Of a stretch of DNA of 59,828 nucleotides, positions 17,272 through 25,848 are shown one piece after another. The stretch is from assembly GCA_964458995.1 (NCBI GenBank), contig CAYWKW010000002.1, positions 1-59,828 of the forward strand, read 5' to 3'. A program made the position numbers and the translations under genes. The notes below the pieces were generated by a model. The model saw only the letters and a program-made list of their open reading frames with translations. It did no database searches and was not told the DNA's origin. Every line of letters starts with the position of its first letter. Position 1 is the stretch's first letter. This stretch comes from an uncultured bacterium. Its GTDB lineage: Bacteria; Chlamydiota; Chlamydiia; Chlamydiales; SM23-39.

Positions 17272-17642
17272 AAACAGACAAAGCGCCAAAAGCCATTGGC
17301 CCCTATTCGCAAGCCATTATGGCGCCCCCCTTTCTTTTCCTATCGGGAATGCTCCCCATCGATCCTAAAATGGGTAAAATTGTTGAAACAACCATCGAAG
17401 GGCAAACGAAACAGGCGCTTCACAACATTGAAGAGGTGCTCAAGGCCGCCTCGCTGACTTTTAAAGACGTCGTTCGGGTGGAAGTATTTCTAAAGGACTT
17501 GGCCGATTTCCAGGCGATGAATGGGATCTATGCCCAAAGATTTGCGCACGAGCCCAAACCGGCCCGCCACGCCTTTCAAGTCGCCCGCCTTCCGCTCGAT
17601 GCTCTGATCGAAATCACCTGCACGGCGCTCATTCGACCTTAG
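17259..17642 (+). CDS. ridA: RidA/YjgF family reactive-intermediate deaminase
   Basis: 127 aa. 'APKAIGPYSQAI' and the C-terminal '..ARHAFQVARLPLDALIEI' are family signatures. Confidence 0.9.
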   Translation: MQKIETDKAPKAIGPYSQAIMAPPFLFLSGMLPIDPKMGKIVETTIEGQTKQALHNIEEVLKAASLTFKDVVRVEVFLKDLADFQAMNGIYAQRFAHEPKPARHAFQVARLPLDALIEITCTALIRP

Positions 17643-18684
17643 GGACGACGATGGGGGTATTTCTCTTAAAGGGCCAGAAGGCATCCATATAGAAGGGAAC
17701 CGCGTTGGCTGCTGTCATGGAGAAAGCGATGGTCCCATGCACTGCGGGCCTGTTCAGTTGTGGCATGAGCGCAGCCATACTGATACCAAAAGAGGCCGTA
17801 TAGAGAGCCTGTTGGAACAAGCGGACGTATTGCGCTCGATTCCACTCGGCAATTCTCTTCCGCGTGAGGGCCAATTGCTCTTCAATCTCTTCTCTTTTCA
17901 GCAGTTTTTGCATCAATTTGAAGGTTTCTAAAGCGGCAACCGCTCCCATGTCAGCCTGGAACTGCTCCAATTTTTCACTCAATGCTTCGAGCGCGCTTTT
18001 CTCATCCATGCGAAGCAAAGGCTCCAAATGGAACGGATTTTTCACTTCGCGACCGCGGATTAGCTGCTGCATATTGTGTGTTTGTAATTGCGAGGCCAAG
18101 TCTTGGCCCGTTTGGATGTTTTTAATGCGGTAAATCACTTCCACCATCACCGGCGCCGCAAGGATGAAAAAGAGAACGGGAAGAAGCCAGGGATTGGCAG
18201 CAAAAAAGGCGCCGATTCCACCCAAAATAGCCACGTCCGTTGCCAATGATGCGAGAATCATAATCGTCCCAATCAAAGTCAGATCGATAAAGTCAATCAT
18301 CAATCGAATGCCGAGTTTGGTATCGCCGTTTTTAAAGGCTTGGATCGCCTCTTTTATACAGACCAGCCCCACGCCCAAGTTGATCACGCCCGCCACTATC
18401 CCGCAGGTAAGCGTCCCAATGGCAATCGCCGAAATACTCGACAAAGAGGGCTTAACAATTTGGACCCCCTGAAAGGCCAAATAGCCCATGGTGAAGAGAT
18501 CCCCGCCAACGAGAACGGCCTCGGAAAGATTGACCCTCCCATTCAGAGCAGCCTGGATATTCTCACTCTTTTTTTCAATGACGCTTCCCATGAGAAGGGC
18601 AAGTCTCTCATCTGTCAAATATTTATTACTAGGTTCTTGGGGGAACCTGGGTTCTGCAGAAGTAGGGAAATGAATAGCACTCAT
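17629..18684 (-). CDS. Orphan membrane protein with paired long hydrophobic lobes and a coiled C-terminal half; Inc-like
   Basis: 'ISAIAIGTLTCGIVAGVINLGVGLVCI' and 'LTLIGTIMILASLATDVAILGGIGAFFAANPWLLPVLFFILAAPVMV' are followed by a helical, charged segment. No enzymatic motif. Confidence 0.55.
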   Translation of the reverse strand: MSAIHFPTSAEPRFPQEPSNKYLTDERLALLMGSVIEKKSENIQAALNGRVNLSEAVLVGGDLFTMGYLAFQGVQIVKPSLSSISAIAIGTLTCGIVAGVINLGVGLVCIKEAIQAFKNGDTKLGIRLMIDFIDLTLIGTIMILASLATDVAILGGIGAFFAANPWLLPVLFFILAAPVMVEVIYRIKNIQTGQDLASQLQTHNMQQLIRGREVKNPFHLEPLLRMDEKSALEALSEKLEQFQADMGAVAALETFKLMQKLLKREEIEEQLALTRKRIAEWNRAQYVRLFQQALYTASFGISMAALMPQLNRPAVHGTIAFSMTAANAVPFYMDAFWPFKRNTPIVVPKVE

Positions 18685-18857
18685 AATTAAACTTTTTTTT
18701 TAGGGTTTTAAAAACTAAATGAAACGTGTGGCTATACTACGGCGTGATGCCGCTTATAAAAACGATAAGAGATGTAATGAATGAAACTATTCATGCGAAA
18801 GATTATACAATAAAGATGGTTTTATTACTAGTTGATTGTGATTGATAATTAAAGTTT

Positions 18858-19703
18858 TTAATAACGGGATGCCGCAATCTTTTTGTTGAGGTAGCGGAGC
18901 ATTTCAGTGTCTTTTTTGGCGAGCCATTCTTGAACGGGGTCCATTGAATCGAGAAGCGATTTCTCATAGGCTGCTTTTGGGTCCATGTCCTCTTTGCGAA
19001 AAAAGCTGCCCACATCGATTTGGTACGCTCTCTCTCCATTAAAGCCGTAATTGCGCAAAAAAGAGCGGTCCCGGTTTAAAATTCCCCTCTGCGCCCGATC
19101 CACCACTACATCGACTAACGAATCGAGAATCCGTTCCGCTTCCCTCCGGTTTCCCTTTTTTAACGCGTCGAGGAAAACCTGGATCAAAATGGGATGCTTA
19201 TATTGCAAAACAAAGGAAGTTTTCCCCAACGGGAGGCGGTGCTTGCAGCCCAAGGCATCGACGACAGTCAGTTTTTCCCTCGAAGGACTTTGGCCTAAAT
19301 GGATGGCCAGAAGACCCGTTTGCTCCTTCAGTTCTTGGATGCAAATCTGAAAGCTGCCCATGATAAATTTTTCCCGTTCAGCATGGTTTTTTTCCAAACG
19401 TTCCTGATAGGCCTTCATTGGCAACGCTCGCATCCAAAGGGGTGTTTTATAGATATCGGTGCGGGGGAATTTCAGAACGTATTTGTCATCGGCGCTGGCG
19501 AAGGCAAAACATTGTCTGCCTCTACCGATGTAATGGAACGTTTGTAAAAGGGCCGCCTTAACCTCCTCATCAAAATTTTCCGTTGCCATCATGCCCAAAC
19601 TAGGGATGCGGCGGCCCGAAAAGCCATCCTTCAAACAATAGAGACCCTTCCCCACAGCAGCAGAAAAGAGAACGATGAGAAAGAGAAAAATAGCTTTTTT
19701 CAT
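18858..19703 (-). CDS. Secreted protein with a possible atypical kinase-like fold
   Basis: Signal peptide 'MKKAIFLFLIVLFSAAVG'. 'IGRGRQCFAFASADDKYVLKF' resembles a Gly-loop plus VAIK Lys. 'ILNRDRSFLRNYG' resembles a catalytic D..N. 'YQIDVGSF' is DFG-like. The order and spacing resemble small LPS/YrbL-type kinases. Confidence 0.35.
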   Translation of the reverse strand: MKKAIFLFLIVLFSAAVGKGLYCLKDGFSGRRIPSLGMMATENFDEEVKAALLQTFHYIGRGRQCFAFASADDKYVLKFPRTDIYKTPLWMRALPMKAYQERLEKNHAEREKFIMGSFQICIQELKEQTGLLAIHLGQSPSREKLTVVDALGCKHRLPLGKTSFVLQYKHPILIQVFLDALKKGNRREAERILDSLVDVVVDRAQRGILNRDRSFLRNYGFNGERAYQIDVGSFFRKEDMDPKAAYEKSLLDSMDPVQEWLAKKDTEMLRYLNKKIAASRY

Positions 19704-19754
19704 GCTGTTTCAGTATAACCTTCTCCTCTCAAATGGTCAATCCAAGGAGAATTT

Positions 19755-20327
19755 ATGGCTGTTGCTGCACTCTCTCATCAAGAAAGGATTCTACAAGTTG
19801 TTCGAGAAATACCCGTCGATCATTCTAAAATTGCTGATTCTGATAATGATTCCATGGACAGGGTGGTTGCCGGACTGCCACTTTCCGATGGTGAATTCAA
19901 ACGTCATCAAGGGCAGTTTGAATCTAACCGGGACTACTTCGACACCTTTATGACAAAAATGTCTCGTGTGATAGTGTTGTCGGATGGAACTTCAAGAATT
20001 TTTAACTTGACACCGAGAACCGTCGGTTACACTTGCTTTCAACAAGGAGATCGCCTAATCATTGATAAAACACCCGTAAATTCTCGAATTGGGCCGCTCT
20101 TTTGGTCGAGACGGAAGACCAATGATTTTGCAGTCATTCGCGATAGAAAGGATGGGAGTGTAGAGATTGATGTAGAGGAAGCGGGCCAAAAACCATCGCA
20201 AAGCGTTTTTATCGTGAATTTAAGTCGAAAAGTGCGTTCTAGATACACCCATGTTTGCCACGCGCCAGGCTGTAAATATAGATGCGTGATTACTGAAAGA
20301 GTTTATGTGGCTTCTCGAGCAGGATAG
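19755..20327 (+). CDS. Hypothetical protein
   Basis: 190-aa ORF with no recognisable motif apart from a C-terminal 'HVCHAPGCKYRC' Cys/His cluster. Confidence 0.45.
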   Translation: MAVAALSHQERILQVVREIPVDHSKIADSDNDSMDRVVAGLPLSDGEFKRHQGQFESNRDYFDTFMTKMSRVIVLSDGTSRIFNLTPRTVGYTCFQQGDRLIIDKTPVNSRIGPLFWSRRKTNDFAVIRDRKDGSVEIDVEEAGQKPSQSVFIVNLSRKVRSRYTHVCHAPGCKYRCVITERVYVASRAG

Positions 20328-20364
20328 TGGCGCAGTAAGCTTTAGAATGGCATACTAGCTCTCT

Positions 20365-22131
20365 ATGTGTGGTTTTACAGGATGGTTTGATCCCCAGCCC
20401 CAAGCAAGAGAAGTCTTGGAAAAGATGTCCTCGGCCCTTGTGCACCGAGGTCCCGATGCGTCGGGCATCTATCTGAATGGACCCGTTGGCTTGGGCCACC
20501 GCCGCCTCTCCATTATCGATTTGGCCGCAAGCCAGCAGCCCATGGCCTGTGGCCGTTGTGTTTTGGCCTACAATGGCGAATTGTATAACTTTCGGAGCTT
20601 ACGCCGGGAGCTGGAGGCGCTGGGCCACCGGTTTCTTACGGAAGGCGATACCGAAGTTTTGCTCCATGCGCTGATGGAATGGAAAGAGGCGGTTTTGCCT
20701 CGGTTGCAGGGGATGTTTGCCTTCGCCTTTTGGGATGGAAAAAGCCTCCTCTTGGCGCGCGACCATTTTGGTGTAAAGCCGCTTTACATTTGCCAAAATG
20801 GGGAGCGGATTCTCTTTGCCTCCGAGATCAAATCGCTGCTCGAACACCCCGCAGTTTCGCGCGAAATCGATCCCGATGCGATCGGCCTCTATCTCGAGTG
20901 CCAATACATCCCAGCTCCCCACTCGATCTTTCGCCAGGTGCGCAAACTGCCCCCCGCCCACTATTTGCGCTTTCCAGGAGGAGAACCGCAGCGCTATTGG
21001 TCGCCCCACTATTTGCCCAAATTCGAGGGCGATGAAGAATCTGCTGTGGATCAGTTGGAAAAGGAGCTGCGCCGCTCGGTTCAATCGATGCTGGTGGCCG
21101 ATGTCCCGTTGGGCGCCTTCGTCAGCGGCGGCATCGACTCCTCCCTCATCGCCTCTCTCATGCAGCAAGTCAGTGGAAAAAGGGCCAAAATCTTTTCCAT
21201 TGCTTTAGGAGAGCAAGAGCACGCAAGCCGTGTGGCTGCCTATCTCGATGCAGAATATTACCCTCTGCCTGTGAATGCAAACGATATGATTGGAGCGCTC
21301 GATCAGATGTTTGATGAGCCCTTTGGCGATCAAGCGGCTTTGCCCACACTACTCCTCTCTCAATTGACAAGGCAGCATGTAAAAGTGGTTCTGACAGGCG
21401 AGGGGGCCGACGAGGTCTTTGCCGGTTACAGCAATTACACAAAACGGCTCAAAGAGGCGCACCATTGCGAAAAATATCGACTGCTTCGCTACCTCTATCC
21501 TTTCAGCCCGCTGAAACTGCGTAAGAATCGCCTCTTTAAAGCCCTCTCTCGTCCCCCGTCTCGCCGCTACACAACGATCCCGAGCCTCTTCGATCGCGAG
21601 ATGCACTCCTCCATCCTCCAGCTACAAACCACAACCGCCCTCGAAGATTTGGCCGAGCCCCACTATTTTGCCTGTGATTCGACCGAATATCTCGACCGGA
21701 TGCTCCACATCGATCAAAATCTTTGGCTCCCAGACGATCTGCTCACGAAAGTCGACCGCGCCACGATGACCCACTCACTCGAGGCCCGAGTTCCCTATCT
21801 CGACCACCATCTGGTCGAATTTGCGGCCCGCCTCCCCTCCCACTTTAAGCTCGGAAAATCAATTTTAAAAAAGGTGGCCAGCCGGGGCTATCTCCCCCCA
21901 GAAATCACCCATCGTCAAAAATGGGGATTTGTCATTCCGCTGCATGAGTGGATGGAAGGGGAGTTGAAGCCGCTCATGACCGACGTTTTGGCCACCTTGC
22001 AAACGCGCAAAATCTTTGCCCCCCGATTTTTGAAAAAGAGACATCATGCGACCCGCCTTTTTTCCCTTCTCTCGTTGGAACTCTGGTTTCGTCGCTACGC
22101 CCCAAACTATCGGGGGAATGGAACTTCCTGA
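20365..22131 (+). CDS. asnB: Asparagine synthase (glutamine-hydrolysing)
   Basis: N-terminal nucleophile 'MCGFTG', 'GVKPLY' and the PP-loop 'GAFVSGGIDSSLIA'. Confidence 0.9.
   Translation: MCGFTGWFDPQPQAREVLEKMSSALVHRGPDASGIYLNGPVGLGHRRLSIIDLAASQQPMACGRCVLAYNGELYNFRSLRRELEALGHRFLTEGDTEVLLHALMEWKEAVLPRLQGMFAFAFWDGKSLLLARDHFGVKPLYICQNGERILFASEIKSLLEHPAVSREIDPDAIGLYLECQYIPAPHSIFRQVRKLPPAHYLRFPGGEPQRYWSPHYLPKFEGDEESAVDQLEKELRRSVQSMLVADVPLGAFVSGGIDSSLIASLMQQVSGKRAKIFSIALGEQEHASRVAAYLDAEYYPLPVNANDMIGALDQMFDEPFGDQAALPTLLLSQLTRQHVKVVLTGEGADEVFAGYSNYTKRLKEAHHCEKYRLLRYLYPFSPLKLRKNRLFKALSRPPSRRYTTIPSLFDREMHSSILQLQTTTALEDLAEPHYFACDSTEYLDRMLHIDQNLWLPDDLLTKVDRATMTHSLEARVPYLDHHLVEFAARLPSHFKLGKSILKKVASRGYLPPEITHRQKWGFVIPLHEWMEGELKPLMTDVLATLQTRKIFAPRFLKKRHHATRLFSLLSLELWFRRYAPNYRGNGTS
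20763..20801. repeat. Intragenic palindrome, copy in asnB
   Basis: The sequence is 'ccattttgg-tgtaaagcCgctttaca-tttgccaaaatgg'. The core 'tgtaaagccgctttacatttg' (20772-20792) is identical to the pyrC copy. Confidence 0.85.
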
Positions 22132-22532
22132 ACATCCTCGCCGCGCAAGAAGAGGCGTGCATTGACGACTCCTGGCTGCAAGTAAGCGCGCATCAATTCA
22201 TCGAATTTTTCTGCTGAACAAGAGTCGCCGCAGGTGAACAGATCGACAAAGCACTTTCCATATTCTGGATAGGTGTGGAGACTTGCGTGGCTTTCAGAAA
22301 GGAGGTAGACGATGGTCAACCCATTGGGTGGGAAAATGTAGGGCGTTTTATCGAGGATGGTGGCGCCAGACGCGCGGACCGCATCATCCATTGCGTGGAT
22401 GAGACCATCGAGATCGCTGATCGCTCTTAGATCGCAATCCAAATAACTTGCCAGAAAATGTTTCCCTCTAAACGTGTGTTCTTCGCCAAACAGAGAAAAA
22501 ACAGCGATGACAAATAAGATTACCCTACCCAT
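22107..22532 (-). CDS. speD: S-adenosylmethionine decarboxylase proenzyme (small bacterial class)
   Basis: 'LLSESHASLHTYPE' is the self-cleavage Glu-Ser site motif, and 'VDLFTCGD' is present. The start was set at the internal Met (MGRVIL..) because the ORF-track N-terminus (to 22679) abuts the divergent gene at 22680. Confidence 0.75.
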   Translation of the reverse strand: MGRVILFVIAVFSLFGEEHTFRGKHFLASYLDCDLRAISDLDGLIHAMDDAVRASGATILDKTPYIFPPNGLTIVYLLSESHASLHTYPEYGKCFVDLFTCGDSCSAEKFDELMRAYLQPGVVNARLFLRGEDVQEVPFPR

Positions 22533-22679
22533 TGCTCCATCAAACAGTTGTATCGCAACCACTCTAATCCATCCCCCGTTAAAATCATAGTGAAAAATCG
22601 CAGTTCTCGGAATTTTATTGAAATTGATTTCGAACTTGAGTACGTTGCGGAATAGGTAGAAAAATTTGGAGAATTCCAT

Positions 22680-22961
22680 ATGAAGAAAGTAGTTAAATTA
22701 GCTGTAGTCGGAATTGCCGCTGGACTCTGTCTTTCAGGCCAAAAAGCTCTTCCAGAAAAAGACGAGACGGCCATGTCCAATAGTACGACAAGCGATGCAG
22801 TAAAAGCTGGAGCTTCAAACGCGGAATCCCCAAAAAATACGAGTCAACTGGAGCCAGCAGTTGGCCCTAAAAGTGCGGCGCAGCGAGTGGTTGATGGCAC
22901 ATCGAACAATTCGATGAATGGGAAGCGCAAGAGCGCCGCTCAACTAGCCACTGAAAAATAA
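22680..22961 (+). CDS. Small secreted Ser/Ala/Asn-rich protein
   Basis: The N-terminus 'MKKVVKLAVVGIAAGLCLSG' is signal- or lipoprotein-like. The remainder is low-complexity. Confidence 0.4.
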   Translation: MKKVVKLAVVGIAAGLCLSGQKALPEKDETAMSNSTTSDAVKAGASNAESPKNTSQLEPAVGPKSAAQRVVDGTSNNSMNGKRKSAAQLATEK

Positions 22962-22974
22962 GTAGGTTCAAGAA

Positions 22975-22998
22975 GCCTGCAATCAGATCGGTGCAGGC
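22975..22998. terminator. Hairpin between convergent genes
   Basis: 'gcctgca-atcagatcgg-tgcaggc' forms a 7-bp GC-rich stem. Confidence 0.35.
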
Positions 22999-23016
22999 CC
23001 AGAAAAAGGTTGTTTA

Positions 23017-23454
23017 TTACACAAGGTAAGCTTCTCTAACGAGATGTGCTGCTATACCAACAGCAGCACCTATAACAACTTGCATCCGATATCCATTTAA
23101 CCATTGAGTTCCATTGTGAAAAACTTGTCTCATGCGAGCCATGCAGTAGGGTTTTGCATTAGCAACGAGTGCTCGTTTAAGCGTTGGTATCGCTTCAGCA
23201 CATCTAGCGGTGGTTTGTCCATTCATTTCTACTAGAGCTGCAATTTGTGCTTGAAAGCGATTTAGTTCTGCCATCTGTTCTCTACTACGATTTAAAACAG
23301 CTGCAAGTCTACCTAATAAAATTGTCAATTGTCTGTGTTTATCTATAGGATCTGCGGGCAATTCAATAGGTCCTAGAAGGTTTATTGCCTCAGCGGAATT
23401 TTGTTGAACTCGTTCTGCAAAATTTACACCTAATCTTTCTACTGGTGCTGCCAT
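23017..23454 (-). CDS. Orphan helical protein with a C-terminal hydrophobic anchor
   Basis: 145 aa, AT-rich gene and leader. The C-terminus 'MQVVIGAAVGIAAHLV' is a single TM-like segment. The centre has heptad-like 'MAELNRFQAQIAALVEM'. Confidence 0.5.
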   Translation of the reverse strand: MAAPVERLGVNFAERVQQNSAEAINLLGPIELPADPIDKHRQLTILLGRLAAVLNRSREQMAELNRFQAQIAALVEMNGQTTARCAEAIPTLKRALVANAKPYCMARMRQVFHNGTQWLNGYRMQVVIGAAVGIAAHLVREAYLV

Positions 23455-23542
23455 ATTATATACTCCTAATTTTATATGTTCTGAATAGGAGTATTATACA
23501 CTAAATTAAAATTAAAATGTAAATAAATAGTGAATAAAGGGA

Positions 23543-24466
23543 TTACAGTGGGGGTTTTTCTTTGGGGTTGGGGACTTCGAAGGTTTTGGAGATCGTTTCG
23601 GGCTTTTTCTTAAGGATGTAGGTGAGGGTCCCGCCGAGGATAATGAGGATGGTTCCGAGGATGGAGCGGAAGTGAGGGGGGATGTCGAAGATGAGCCAGC
23701 TGCTGATGCCTGCATAGATGACGGTTGAGTAGCCGAGTGGCGAGAGGTAGGAGGCCGTGCCGTAGCGGTAGGCGATGGTGAGGAGCATTTGAGCGATCAC
23801 TGTCGAGAGGCCTATCCCGATAACCTGGAACCATTCGTGGCCTGTGGGGTTGACCCAATAAATGGCCGCAAACGGCGCGCTTAGGAGAGAGCCAAAAAGG
23901 AAATAGTAGAACAGTGTGCGGCTCATGGGCTCTTTTTTCAGGTTCAGAACCCGAAGAGCGGCGAAGGCAACCGCCGATGCGACCCCCGCGAAGAGGCCGA
24001 ACACAAACCCCTCCTGGAAAATCTGCTTGGTCGGATTTAAGATCACCGCGGTGCCAATAAATCCAACAATGATCGACCACCAAACATGGAGATCGATTTT
24101 TTCTCTCATCCAAATCCACCAAATGAACGGAACAAAAAACGGAGCCGTGTAATTCAACGTTGTTGCATCCGTGAGATCGAGGTAACGGATGGCGAGAAAA
24201 TAGAGATAGTAGCTGAGAACCCCAAAGCTATCCCTGATGAGGTGGGTGGAGAGATGGGTGGTTTTCAAACGGCCAAACCCTTTTCGCAAAGAGAGGGGAA
24301 GAATGCAGATCAAACTGACGATGTTTAGAATAAAAATGATCTGGATCGTGGGGAATTTCCCTTCAAAACTAAAAACAAGCGAGCTGGCTGTTACGAAAAA
24401 AATATAGGCAAAGAGACATATTGTGATTCCAAGAGCGAGGCGAGGCGAGGCTTGTTCGTATCCCAT
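23543..24466 (-). CDS. EamA/DMT-family transporter
   Basis: 307 aa with about 10 TM helices in two similar halves, the typical EamA repeat architecture. Confidence 0.8.
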   Translation of the reverse strand: MGYEQASPRLALGITICLFAYIFFVTASSLVFSFEGKFPTIQIIFILNIVSLICILPLSLRKGFGRLKTTHLSTHLIRDSFGVLSYYLYFLAIRYLDLTDATTLNYTAPFFVPFIWWIWMREKIDLHVWWSIIVGFIGTAVILNPTKQIFQEGFVFGLFAGVASAVAFAALRVLNLKKEPMSRTLFYYFLFGSLLSAPFAAIYWVNPTGHEWFQVIGIGLSTVIAQMLLTIAYRYGTASYLSPLGYSTVIYAGISSWLIFDIPPHFRSILGTILIILGGTLTYILKKKPETISKTFEVPNPKEKPPL

Positions 24467-24524
24467 CGATTTTTTTATATTATCTGAATTCCGAATTTGA
24501 TAGATAGAGTAAGAGAGGTATTAT

Positions 24525-25280
24525 ATGGGCGAACATGACAAGGCGAAAATGCAATGGATTGAGTTTGATTTGTTAGAGTCTTATCCTCATGTTGTTCATG
24601 GAGTTTTTTTACGTCATGGCGGAGTGAGCAAAGGACCTTGTTCGACTCTCAACGTGGGCAACGGGACCAGCGACCACGCCGAAAACATAAAGACCAACCG
24701 CGAACTGATCCGCAAAGCGATCAATATGCCTAGGCTCGTTTTTCCCACAGAAACTCACGGGACGAACGTGCAGCGCATCACGCCCAAAAACCTCGATAAA
24801 ATTCCTCAAGCCGATGCGCTCTTCACCACGGAGAAAAATCTGGCCCTGGGCGTCACTCATGCCGATTGCCAGGCCGCCATCTTCTATGATCCTGTCCATG
24901 AAGCGATAGCCATCGTTCATGCAGGGTGGAGAGGCATGGCTCAGAATATCTATGCCCGCGCTCTTGAAGCGATGCATCGCGACATTGGAACACAGCCCCA
25001 AAATCTCATTGTCTGCATCTCCCCCTCTCTCGGTCCCGACCATGCGGAATATAAAAACTACAAACAGGAACTCCCGCAAGATTGGTGGACATTCCAAGTT
25101 AAACCCAACTACTTTGACTTTTGGGCTATCAGCCGCAAGCAACTCTCCGCGCTGGGCATTCTCGACAAGAATATAGAGATTGCCGAAACGTGCACGCACT
25201 GCAATGAGAAAGATTATTTTTCCCACCGCCGCGAAAAAGATACCGGGCGCCATGGCACTATAGTTGCTTTAAAAGGATAG
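24525..25280 (+). CDS. pgeF: Peptidoglycan editing factor PgeF / YfiH (laccase-domain protein)
   Basis: 'TETHGTNV', 'VTHADCQA' and 'VHAGWRG' give the conserved His-Cys-His arrangement of the family. Confidence 0.85.
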   Translation: MGEHDKAKMQWIEFDLLESYPHVVHGVFLRHGGVSKGPCSTLNVGNGTSDHAENIKTNRELIRKAINMPRLVFPTETHGTNVQRITPKNLDKIPQADALFTTEKNLALGVTHADCQAAIFYDPVHEAIAIVHAGWRGMAQNIYARALEAMHRDIGTQPQNLIVCISPSLGPDHAEYKNYKQELPQDWWTFQVKPNYFDFWAISRKQLSALGILDKNIEIAETCTHCNEKDYFSHRREKDTGRHGTIVALKG

Positions 25281-25299
25281 TTTCCCTCACAATATACCC

Positions 25300-25848
25300 A
25301 TGCAAATCACCGATTTGAAGTTGCCGGGTTTGAAACTCATTTCCCCTCGTGTGTTTAATGATGAGCGGGGCTTTTTTTTTGAAAGCTACCGGCAATCGAC
25401 CTACACTTCCCATGGACTGCCTCTATTTGTGCAGGATAATGTCTCTTTTTCTCAAAAAGGGACTGTTCGTGCGCTCCATTTTCAATCTGGAGCAGGCCAA
25501 GATAAATTGATCTCTTGTTCGCAGGGGACCATTTGGGATGTAGCGGTTGACATTCGCCCCGGCTCGCCCTCTTTCATGCAATGGGAAGCCGTGGAACTCG
25601 ATGACAAGGCCCACCAGCAGTTCTTCATTCCCAAAGGCTTTGCCCACGGCTTTTGCGTCCTCAGCGATAGGGCCCGCGTTCACTACAAAGTGAGTACTTT
25701 TTACGACCCCGCGACCGAAATTACCATCCGGTGGAATGATCCTGAGCTGAAAGTAGCTTGGCCCATAGAAAACCCGATCCTGTCGCCGCGCGACCAAACA
25801 AGCCCCTTTTTCAAAGAGATACGACATGTTGTGGATCACCGGCGCTAA
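25300..25848 (+). CDS. rfbC: dTDP-4-dehydrorhamnose 3,5-epimerase
   Basis: 'DERGFFFESY', 'RALHFQ' and 'FIPKGFAHGF' are cupin motifs of RmlC. Confidence 0.92.
   Translation: MQITDLKLPGLKLISPRVFNDERGFFFESYRQSTYTSHGLPLFVQDNVSFSQKGTVRALHFQSGAGQDKLISCSQGTIWDVAVDIRPGSPSFMQWEAVELDDKAHQQFFIPKGFAHGFCVLSDRARVHYKVSTFYDPATEITIRWNDPELKVAWPIENPILSPRDQTSPFFKEIRHVVDHRR

Noticed and set aside
23610-24122. 170-aa Arg/Pro/His-rich ORF overlapping the EamA transporter in another frame
   Set aside because: Frame-shifted shadow of a hydrophobic membrane protein gene.
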